Shown here: one piece after another, positions 9,423 to 17,180 of the stretch | Layout of the letters: the number at the start of each line of letters is the position of its first letter | Numbering within the stretch: position 1 is the stretch's first letter | Assembly: GCA_012798055.1 (NCBI GenBank) | Contig: JAAZOA010000144.1 | Location: 1 to 26,009 of the forward strand | Direction: 5' to 3' | Source: Syntrophomonadaceae bacterium | Lineage (GTDB): Bacteria; Bacillota; Syntrophomonadia; Syntrophomonadales; Syntrophomonadaceae | DNA: 26,009 nucleotides | Translations under genes and position numbers: made by a program | Notes under the pieces: generated by a model | Told to the model about the DNA's origin: nothing | Database searches by the model: none | The model's input: only the letters and a program-made list of their open reading frames with translations

Positions 9423-10565
9423 TTACCTGAAAATAGCGGCTGCCCCTGTATCAGTGGGCATCTGTTGCCGGGACAGGACCAGGACTTCACCCCTGTCCCG
9501 GAGCACCATTTCGGCCAAATCGTCCAGGATATCCTCATGGACCGGGCTCGCCATATCGCCGTATATCAGTTTCCCGGAGCTGATGTCGATTTTGCCTATG
9601 ATCCGATCGGCTTCGACCAGAATGGCGTGGACTCTCTTTTCAACTGCTGCCTGCGCAATTTCTTCAATGTCATCGGAACCGGCAGCGTTGGCTTTAGCCC
9701 GGCCGAACGCTTCGATCAGATTCTGGACTTTGGCCTGGTGCATCGGTTCTATAAGTTCCCAAGCCTTGGCTTTCATTTGCTCTGCGCCCAAAGATTCAGC
9801 CGCGCTTTTGATGTCGGTTTCCACAAGGTAGGTGTTACGGCTTATCTTCCTGAACAAGCCTTGATTTTCTGCGGTTGAAACCAGAATCAGTGGCAACCGG
9901 GATTGTTGGGAAAAGTTTTCGCCCACAAATTTATCCACATATTTAAAAAATCTTTCCGTGTCAATGTCGGCTTGGTCCTTCCTACTGCCCTTACCATGGA
10001 ACATAGTTATCTTGCCCCCGCTGCCGGTGGACCACTGGCCCAGGTGTGGCTCAGTCAAGTCGTCGCCCAGCACCTCCTTCAGAGTCACGGGGATATCCGC
10101 CGCTATTTCAATTCTATCCAGGCTTTTTTTGGAGCCTTCATAAAGGGAGAATTTGTCGCGGCTAAGTGCTAACAGATGATATTTCCCACCGGACTGAAAA
10201 TGCCTCAGCAGCGGCTTGATATGGAAGCTATCTCCGACAATCAGCCGATCCTCAGTCGGTTCCGATAACCTGTAGACTACACAGTCTTGGGGACTGGCCA
10301 AAACAGCCATTCCATCCAAAGTCCGGTTCCAAAAAGACTGGTTCTTGTCCAGTTGAAAAAGGGGTTCCAGGATGGCATTCAAGGAAGCTTTATCAAGCTG
10401 CTCCTTGAGAGTATTTTCAATACTGCGCAAAAAGTTCCGGAATTTGATCTGGTCCTGTTTGTTGTCCGGGGGATACCGGTGGGTAGTCTGATAAAGCGAC
10501 AAACAAGGGCCACCGGGCTGGAAGATGATCGGGTCGGGGAATGTTTCTGCTATCCTGTATAACAT
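9423..10565 (-). CDS. Bacterial archaeo-eukaryotic release factor-like protein (baeRF; family 3 or a related family)
   Basis: N-terminal CLSLYQTTHR..PDNKQDQIKFRN, central DSFHIKPLLR and FHGKG.RKD...D..RFF..VD, and C-terminal L7Ae-like domain ending D.LDDLAEMVL..RGEV.V...MPT.TGAAAIFR. AGGAGG SD. Family number is uncertain. Confidence 0.75.
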   Translation of the reverse strand: MLYRIAETFPDPIIFQPGGPCLSLYQTTHRYPPDNKQDQIKFRNFLRSIENTLKEQLDKASLNAILEPLFQLDKNQSFWNRTLDGMAVLASPQDCVVYRLSEPTEDRLIVGDSFHIKPLLRHFQSGGKYHLLALSRDKFSLYEGSKKSLDRIEIAADIPVTLKEVLGDDLTEPHLGQWSTGSGGKITMFHGKGSRKDQADIDTERFFKYVDKFVGENFSQQSRLPLILVSTAENQGLFRKISRNTYLVETDIKSAAESLGAEQMKAKAWELIEPMHQAKVQNLIEAFGRAKANAAGSDDIEEIAQAAVEKRVHAILVEADRIIGKIDISSGKLIYGDMASPVHEDILDDLAEMVLRDRGEVLVLSRQQMPTDTGAAAIFR

Positions 10566-10584
10566 AGTATCCCTCCTTTATTCT

Positions 10585-10614
10585 ATTTTACCCGTGAACT
10601 GGGTCTTGAGGCAA
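10585..10614 (-). promoter_or_regulatory. Candidate sigmaA promoter of the baeRF gene
   Basis: Minus strand TTGCCT-N18-TAAAAT ending just upstream of the SD. Confidence 0.5.
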
Positions 10615-10643
10615 AAAACTGCCCGCATCAGTCTGATGCAGGC
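10613..10643 (-). terminator. Intrinsic terminator with no annotated upstream minus-strand gene
   Basis: Minus strand GCCUGCAUCA-GAC-UGAUGCGGGC-AG-UUUUUU. The 10-bp stem closes fully only in this orientation (U-G pair). Confidence 0.7.
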
Positions 10644-10917
10644 CATTTGCCCGGCCATCCCCAGCGATAAGAAGTAATTGCGCGACAGGTTGAAGCAATG
10701 CGGCCGCGCTAGATATGCATGGTTGAACGTTGCGGCAGATCAAGCCAGTTTTTTGCCACAATATTCATTTATACTGGATGTAACAGGGCGGTCTCAGAGA
10801 GTGGCATATTGGCCCTCATGGTACGGCCTGACCGGCGTTAGGGAATCGAAACGGGGACCTGGATGGAGCGGAGACAAGACCCGCATCGATACCGGTGTCT
10901 GGGGAAGGAGGGAGAGA

Positions 10918-12012
10918 ATGTCTGCGATACGAAAAATTGGTGTTCTTACTGGCGGAGGAGACAGCCCGGGCCTGAATGCGGTCTTGCATGCGGTGACCAA
11001 ATCGGCCATCAACAATTACGGTCTGCAGGTGGTAGGATTTATGGATGGATTCAAAGGCATGGTGGAAAATGATTATCGGGAACTGGACCTGGAGTCCATA
11101 GCCGGGATCGCCACCCTGGGCGGCACTATTTTGGGAAGTTCCAACCGGGACAGCCCATTTCGCTACCCATCGGAACTTAATGGAGTCAGAACTTTCACGG
11201 ACAGATCGGCACAGGCATTAAGCAACCTGGAAAAACTGCACCTGGATGCGGTGATCATAATTGGGGGGGATGGCACTATGCATATCGCCCAGCGTTTTGC
11301 GGAGATGGGTGTGAACATAGTGGCGGTCCCAAAAACTATCGATAATGACGTAGCTCTGACCGACTATTCAGTAGGTTTCCACACTGCCGTGGACACCGCC
11401 TCTGAAGCCTTGGACCGACTGCACACAACTGCCCAATCTCATCATCGGGTGATGGTAATGGAGGTCATGGGACGTTATGCTGGTTGGATAGCGCTGTATG
11501 CCGGCCTTGCGGGGGGTGCTCATGTGATCCTGATTCCCGAAATACCCTTTGAAATGGGACATATTGTCAAGACTCTGCAGGAACGCCGGGTTCGGGGGAG
11601 AAAATATAACATCATCGTAGTGGCTGAGGGAACTGCTCCAGCCGGAGGGGAGCCTATGGTGCGACAAATGGTGCTGGAGAGCGAGGATCCTGTAAGGCTG
11701 GGGGGTATTGGCAACTATTTAGGAGCGGAAATCGAAAGGCAGACTGGAATGGAGACCAGGGTCACAGTCCTGGGACATTTACAGCGCGGAGGTTCGCCAG
11801 GTCCGTTTGACAGAATCCTGGCTACCCGCTTCGGAGTAGCTGCGGTTGATTCAATAATGAAGCAGAGGTTCGGCACCATGGTGAGTGTGCAGGGCAGGAA
11901 AAAAGTCAATGTAGCCATAAAAGACGCAATCGCTCAACTCAAGCGGGTAGTCCCTGGCGGAGAACTGGTGAAAACTGCCCGGGCCTTAGACATCAGCTTC
12001 GGGGATAGGTGA
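10918..12012 (+). CDS. pfkA: 6-phosphofructokinase (group III-type, G104/K124 signature, probably ATP-dependent)
   Basis: GGDSPGLN, GTILGSSNR, GGDGT, PKTIDND, EVMGR and LGHLQRGG motifs. ATG 10918 follows AAGGAGGGAG; the ORF-track start at 10678 lacks an SD. Confidence 0.93.
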   Translation: MSAIRKIGVLTGGGDSPGLNAVLHAVTKSAINNYGLQVVGFMDGFKGMVENDYRELDLESIAGIATLGGTILGSSNRDSPFRYPSELNGVRTFTDRSAQALSNLEKLHLDAVIIIGGDGTMHIAQRFAEMGVNIVAVPKTIDNDVALTDYSVGFHTAVDTASEALDRLHTTAQSHHRVMVMEVMGRYAGWIALYAGLAGGAHVILIPEIPFEMGHIVKTLQERRVRGRKYNIIVVAEGTAPAGGEPMVRQMVLESEDPVRLGGIGNYLGAEIERQTGMETRVTVLGHLQRGGSPGPFDRILATRFGVAAVDSIMKQRFGTMVSVQGRKKVNVAIKDAIAQLKRVVPGGELVKTARALDISFGDR

Positions 12013-12209
12013 ACCCCTGCAGTATTTGGCTGATATGTTCCCGCCAACGATTGAGGCAGCAGGCCTGTTGAAAAGACTTGGTCAGCAGCAGCCCCGGGAG
12101 GGGGAGAATTGGATTAGTCAGATTTAGCCAGACAACAGCGGCGAGCTTGCAGCGTCTAAATGAGGTATAAAAATTCTGGTCAAGCTTGGTTTCGCAATAT
12201 TCGGGGAGG

Positions 12210-13229
12210 GTGAATCCAATTACAAGATATGTGTGGATCTCGGTCTTAATATTGATGGGCAGTTTATTCGCGGGGATCTTGACTGACAGGGTACTGGTAG
12301 CGAAATTACAGAAAATGGCGGGTACAAGCCGGTTCAAGTTGGACGATATCATAATCGGCGCCTTCAAGGGTATGGTCGTGGCTTGGTTTTTTGTGGCGGG
12401 CATATACATATCCTTATGGTGGGGCTTTGAAGATGCCGGTTGGAGGGAGACTATCGGCCATATCCTGGTGGCGCTGGTCATAATATCGGTCGCGGTTGTT
12501 GCTGCCAGAATTGCGGTTGGTTTGGTTCAAGCCTATAGCGAGAGCGGTGATGGAAATCTGCCCTCGATTTCGATTTTCACCAACCTGACCAGATTTATAG
12601 TGATGAGTATCGGCTTACTTGTCATGCTGCAGTATTTTGGTATCTCCATAACCCCGATACTTACCGCCTTGGGTGTAGGGGGTATCGCTGTGGCCCTAGC
12701 ACTTCAAGACACTCTGTCCAACGTTTTTGCCGGCATCCATATATTGATGTCGCGGCAGATCAAACCTGGGGATTATATCAAGCTGGATTCCGGAGAAGAA
12801 GGTGTTGTTGCCGATATCTCCTGGAGAACCACCAGTATCCGCATGCTGTCCAACAATATGGTGCTGGTTCCAAACCTGCGCTTGTCCGGTGCGATTGTAA
12901 CCAACCATGAATTGCCGGAACACGAGATGTCAGTAATTGTGAGTGTGGGCGTAAGCTACTCCAGCGACCTGGATCAGGTGGAGCGTACCGTTATCGAGGT
13001 GGCCCGGGAAGTACTGCGAGACAGTCCTGGAGGGGTGTCTGACTTCAATCCCTTGTTCCACTACACGGACTTTTCTGATTCCAGCATCGACTTCAATGTG
13101 GTCCTGAAGACCAAATCATTTGCTGATCAGTATGCCCTCAAACACGAGTTTATCAAGCGGCTGCACCGCCGTTTCAACCAGGAGGGCATCGAGATACCCT
13201 TCCCCATCCGGACCATAATTTCTAAATAG
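12210..13229 (+). CDS. mscS: Small-conductance mechanosensitive channel (MscS family, with extra N-terminal TM helices)
   Basis: TALGVGGIAVALALQDTLSN.FAG (TM3), IKPGDYIKL..GEEG.V..I.WRTT.IR, VGVSYSSDL and EGIEIPFP. Start uncertain (GTG 12210 or TTG 12186). Confidence 0.9.
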   Translation: MNPITRYVWISVLILMGSLFAGILTDRVLVAKLQKMAGTSRFKLDDIIIGAFKGMVVAWFFVAGIYISLWWGFEDAGWRETIGHILVALVIISVAVVAARIAVGLVQAYSESGDGNLPSISIFTNLTRFIVMSIGLLVMLQYFGISITPILTALGVGGIAVALALQDTLSNVFAGIHILMSRQIKPGDYIKLDSGEEGVVADISWRTTSIRMLSNNMVLVPNLRLSGAIVTNHELPEHEMSVIVSVGVSYSSDLDQVERTVIEVAREVLRDSPGGVSDFNPLFHYTDFSDSSIDFNVVLKTKSFADQYALKHEFIKRLHRRFNQEGIEIPFPIRTIISK

Positions 13230-13301
13230 ACATTTCAGCGGTCGCCCGGGCACAAATACAGGCACAAATATGAAAGCGGAAAAAAATACCAGCCCAGTTG
13301 T

Positions 13302-13338
13302 CGGCCGTATGCCCTTGACTTGGGGGGTAATACGGCCG
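13302..13338. terminator. Hairpin between the convergent mscS and eam genes
   Basis: cggccgtat (13302-13310) pairs with atacggccg (13330-13338), with a short inner stem and no adjacent U-tract. Confidence 0.45.
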
Positions 13339-13372
13339 GGATGAAAGGTCATTGAGTGATCAGGAGGGTATT

Positions 13373-14614
13373 TCACGTCACTTCATTTTCCACTTCCACG
13401 ACTTGCCCTTCCCAGGTCTTCAGCACAACTTTGGCGCGACTGACCTCCATTATGTGGTTAGGCATCAAAGGTATTTTGCCCAAACCTCCAGGGGCGTTCA
13501 GGATATAGGTAGGAATTGCAATGCCCGAGGTATAGCCCCGCATTGATTTCATGATGTCAAGTCCAGTGGAAATGCTGGTGCGGAAGTGTTTGGTTCCCTT
13601 CACGTCTTTGGCATGGAAAATATAGTAGGGACGTACCCTTATTTTTAGCAGGTCATGGTTGAGTTTGCGCATTATATGGGGCTTATCATTGATCCCTTTC
13701 AGCAAAACCGCCTGGTTGCCCAACACCGCTCCCGCTCCAATCAAAGCATCACAGGCCTGTTTGGAATCAGGTGTGATCTCCCGGGGATGATTGAACTGGG
13801 TGTTGATATATATTGGCGGGTAGTGTCGCAGAATATCGCATACTTCCGGGGTTATTCGCTGGGGCAGGGTGACCGGAACCCGGGTTCCGAGCCGCTTGAT
13901 TTCTACATGGGGAATATTCTGCAACCGGGCCAGGATGAAATCCAATAGCTGGTTGCTGAGCATCAGGGCGTCGCCTCCGGTTACCAGGACATCGCGTATT
14001 TCCCTATTTTTTTCTACGTAGTCGAGGGCGCTGTGGATGTCTTCCCAACAGGCATGCTGGTCGATTTCCCCTATATTGCGCCGGCGCTGGCAGTGGCGGC
14101 AGTACATGGCACATTGGTTGGTGACATTGATGATCATCCGGTCCGGATACCTGCGGGTCACACAGGGAGCCGGAGAGGTGTGGGCTTCGTTCATGGGATC
14201 CAGGCTGCCGCCGGGAAACAGTTCCATTATGTTCGGTACAGATTGCTTAAAAATAGGATCTTCTTTGTAATCCTCTCCGATTAAACTCAGATAGTAGGGG
14301 GAAATGGCCCAGCGATAGGCTTTACTGACCCTGTCGATCCTTTTTTTCTCCAGGTTGCTAAGCCCGATTATTTTGCCCAGCACCTGGGTGTCGTTTACAC
14401 GGTTTTTGAGCTGCCATTTCCAATTAGACCAGTCTTCTTCATGTCCCCTCAAGATCTCCAGGATCTTCTTTTTCCGGTCAGCAGCTTCTTCCGCCACATC
14501 TACCGCCATCGGCAAGTCCTTTGTTTCTTTTAGATAGGCAAGCCCGTGCTGTTTGAGCTCATCGCTCCTAGCCAATGACATGTACAAATCGTAAACGTCC
14601 GCGGGTCTTTTCAT
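13373..14614 (-). CDS. eam: Glutamate 2,3-aminomutase (radical SAM/PLP, KamA superfamily)
   Basis: CAMYCRHC radical-SAM motif and RRYPDR. IFHAK and ILNAP replace the YQCD and VDAP motifs of lysine 2,3-aminomutase, the Asp-to-Lys/Asn switch described for EAM. GGAGGAGG SD. Confidence 0.88.
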   Translation of the reverse strand: MKRPADVYDLYMSLARSDELKQHGLAYLKETKDLPMAVDVAEEAADRKKKILEILRGHEEDWSNWKWQLKNRVNDTQVLGKIIGLSNLEKKRIDRVSKAYRWAISPYYLSLIGEDYKEDPIFKQSVPNIMELFPGGSLDPMNEAHTSPAPCVTRRYPDRMIINVTNQCAMYCRHCQRRRNIGEIDQHACWEDIHSALDYVEKNREIRDVLVTGGDALMLSNQLLDFILARLQNIPHVEIKRLGTRVPVTLPQRITPEVCDILRHYPPIYINTQFNHPREITPDSKQACDALIGAGAVLGNQAVLLKGINDKPHIMRKLNHDLLKIRVRPYYIFHAKDVKGTKHFRTSISTGLDIMKSMRGYTSGIAIPTYILNAPGGLGKIPLMPNHIMEVSRAKVVLKTWEGQVVEVENEVT

Positions 14615-14802
14615 TTGATCCCTCCTCCGCTAACAGACTGTTCCAGGGATGTCCATTTTCTAAAAGGTCCGAGTTCCCAAATCCGCCTATCAGGCAATAC
14701 TGGCACCCGGATCCAAATTTAGGTTCAGTGAGGTGAAGACCAGCTGCACAGGACCTAGCCAGGCAGCCGCTCAAATATCAGGCAGGTTGACAAAACAACC
14801 AT

Positions 14803-14831
14803 AGTATAATGATAGAAGACAAATGTGGCAA
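14803..14831 (-). promoter_or_regulatory. Candidate sigmaA promoter of eam (implies a leader of about 180 nt)
   Basis: Minus strand TTGCCA (14831-14826)-N17-TATACT (14808-14803). Confidence 0.65.
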
Positions 14832-14975
14832 AATTGGGGTGCGATGTGAGACCGACCTTGATTTGAAATGGTGGTGAGCCAATGGGTTTTATAGAAGGCT
14901 CACATATTTGTGCCACATTTCTGGCCTACAATTTGTATTGTAATATCCCAAGCAGCAAAGGGGACTCTGCCTGCA

Positions 14976-15671
14976 ATGAGCACCATATTTGTTGTCGACG
15001 ACGAGGAAAATATCCGCCTTTTGATCGCCCAGTACCTGCAGAAAGAGGGCTATAATGTAGTGGCTTTCGGTAGTGTGGAAGAGATGGCCGAACGCTTGGA
15101 AACGGGATATCCGGATATGTTGATACTGGATATAATGCTGCCAGGCCAGGATGGTCTGCAATATTGCGAGCAGCTGAGGGAGAAAAGCGGTATCCCGGTT
15201 ATTTTCATATCAGCTCGCCGGAAAGCATTGGACCGGGTGACCGGACTGGAAATCGGTGGTGATGACTATTTATCCAAGCCATTCAGCCCCCGAGAGCTCA
15301 TCGCCCGGGTAAAGTCCATATTCCGGCGCACCAAGGCATCACCTGAGCAGCAGCAATATCTTCTGGCAGGAAATCTGAAGCTTCTTCCCGCGGACCGCCG
15401 GGTGTTGGTCAACGGCGCGGAAATAAATCTGTCGGGCAAAGAGTATGAAGTGCTGGCACTCTTGACGCATTATCCCCGGCGTACATTCAACCGCCAGGAG
15501 CTGCTCGACCGGGTGTGGGGATATGATTATGATGGAAGCGAGCGAGCAGTGGATGATTTGATCAAGCGTCTGCGTCGCAAATTGAAAGAAGGCGGCTCTG
15601 AGACCAATATCGAGACTATATGGGGATACGGGTACCGGTTAGATGGTGAAGTGGAAAAGCATATCTACTAA
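14976..15671 (+). CDS. OmpR/PhoB-family response regulator
   Basis: VVDDE, LDIMLPG (phosphoacceptor Asp), GGDDYLSKPF and a winged helix ending IETIWGYGYR. ATG 14976 follows AAAGGGGA. Confidence 0.93.
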   Translation: MSTIFVVDDEENIRLLIAQYLQKEGYNVVAFGSVEEMAERLETGYPDMLILDIMLPGQDGLQYCEQLREKSGIPVIFISARRKALDRVTGLEIGGDDYLSKPFSPRELIARVKSIFRRTKASPEQQQYLLAGNLKLLPADRRVLVNGAEINLSGKEYEVLALLTHYPRRTFNRQELLDRVWGYDYDGSERAVDDLIKRLRRKLKEGGSETNIETIWGYGYRLDGEVEKHIY

Positions 15672-17043
15672 AATATTGGTCAGTTACCTGGCAGTAGTGT
15701 TTTTTACGTTTTTACTGACCGCCCTGGCATTTTACCCGATGCTGGTCGGGGTCCTGGAAAGACGCGCCGAAATCGGACTCGAAAAGCAAGCCTGGGAAAT
15801 CGCTTATACGATTGGCGCGGGGACCGAACCTTCATTGAGACAAGAGCTCCCCCTTACGATACTTCTGTTAGGTCGATCTGTGGAGAGCAATTTTTTATGG
15901 ATTGACGCTGAAGACCTTATCGTGTTCAGTAGCCAGCCTGAACAATTCCCCCTGGGAATAAATATGGCCCAGCTGCAGCACAGCCTTCGGGAAGACAGGG
16001 AATTCGACCGCAACCTGGCTAATCTTTTCAAGAACGATATGTATCTGGCGGCTGAGGTGCCGGTCAGCGGCGGGGGGACGGTTCTGACCTTCGTTGCTCT
16101 CAATGTCCTCCAGGTCATGTATCGGGAGACCTTGCTGATGATTTTCGGCAGTCTTTTAGCCGCCCTTTTCCTGGCTCTGCTGGTGGCCTTTTTCTTGATC
16201 CGCTATCTGATGAGACCCTTGCGTTCCCTGGAGAGTTATGCGCAGGCAGTCGGGAACCGCCAATTCGACATGCGGTTGGAGGTTAAGTCAGATGACGAAT
16301 TCGCCGCCCTGGCCGGTGCATTTAATGAGATGGCCGATCGGCTCAGGAGCTATGACGAGAGCCAACGGAGATTTTTTCAGAACGCCTCCCACGAACTCAA
16401 GACCCCCCTGATGAGCATCAACGGTTATGCTGAAGGTATCAGGGACGGATTGTTTAATGGAGCTGAATTGGAAAACGCAATAGACATCATACACCGGGAA
16501 AGCCTAAGGCTAAAAAACATAGTAGAAAACCTGATCGACATAACCATCCTGGAACAACCCCAAAATAGGTATTTTCTCCCGCATGCTCTTGGTCATATCA
16601 TGGAGGAGGTCCTCGAAGCGGCGGGGGGCTATGCCCTGGATAAGGGAGTCAGTATAAATACCAGTATTCCTGACGCGCTGGAGGTGGTTGGGGATTGGGA
16701 TCAACTGCACAGCCTGTTCGTAAACCTTTTGTCTAACGCTGTTCGCCACGCAGCGGGCAAGGTTACGGTTGAAGCTGCTTCCATAGAGGACGGCAGCGAG
16801 GTGATGATCGAGATCAAGGATGACGGTCCTGGTTTTTCTCCTGCGGACCTGTTGCATGCGTTCGACTATTTTTATAGCGGAGAACAGACTGGTTCCGGAT
16901 TGGGACTTCCTATAGCGCAAAAGATAGTTCAAGATCACGGGGGAGTTATAAACATAGCTAATTTGCCGGGAGGCGGAGCGGTGGTTGAAATGAGACTGCC
17001 CAAGGCGGAGGAGAGCAGGCCGATGCTTGCGACGAACCGTTAA
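15643..17043 (+). CDS. Sensor histidine kinase (2 TM, HAMP, HisKA, HATPase)
   Basis: ASHELKTPL H-box, NLLSNA N-box, DDGPG and GSGLGL; overlaps the 3' end of the regulator gene. Confidence 0.93.
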   Translation: MVKWKSISTKILVSYLAVVFFTFLLTALAFYPMLVGVLERRAEIGLEKQAWEIAYTIGAGTEPSLRQELPLTILLLGRSVESNFLWIDAEDLIVFSSQPEQFPLGINMAQLQHSLREDREFDRNLANLFKNDMYLAAEVPVSGGGTVLTFVALNVLQVMYRETLLMIFGSLLAALFLALLVAFFLIRYLMRPLRSLESYAQAVGNRQFDMRLEVKSDDEFAALAGAFNEMADRLRSYDESQRRFFQNASHELKTPLMSINGYAEGIRDGLFNGAELENAIDIIHRESLRLKNIVENLIDITILEQPQNRYFLPHALGHIMEEVLEAAGGYALDKGVSINTSIPDALEVVGDWDQLHSLFVNLLSNAVRHAAGKVTVEAASIEDGSEVMIEIKDDGPGFSPADLLHAFDYFYSGEQTGSGLGLPIAQKIVQDHGGVINIANLPGGGAVVEMRLPKAEESRPMLATNR

Positions 17044-17180
17044 ATTTCTAGAGGGCAGCTGACCCGAAACATGATGCATTGACCTAACAGCCCAGTCGAA
17101 CCTGACGATGCAGCCAGCAATTCCCAAAGATGGATTTGCGGCATCGCCCCCGCCATTTTTCAAGCCTTGCCCCCATCGCC

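Noticed and set aside
9931-9939. Perfect DnaA box ttatccaca
   Set aside because: Single copy inside the baeRF coding sequence; expected by chance.
10678-10917. 80-aa N-terminal extension of PfkA in the ORF track
   Set aside because: No SD at TTG 10678; a strong SD precedes ATG 10918, where PFK homology begins.
12087-12117. Strong SD-like gggaggggga followed by TTG-GAT-TAG
   Set aside because: Two-codon ORF; could be a remnant but nothing else supports it.
13373-14614. Lysine 2,3-aminomutase (kamA/ablA) or EF-P modification enzyme EpmB
   Set aside because: The diagnostic acidic lysine-binding residues are replaced (HAK, NAP), and no ablB, lysine-fermentation or efp/epmA genes are adjacent.
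14787-14810. Perfect TTGACA and TATAAT on the plus strand
   Set aside because: Spacer is only 12 nt. The tract is better explained by the minus-strand eam promoter with 17-nt spacing.
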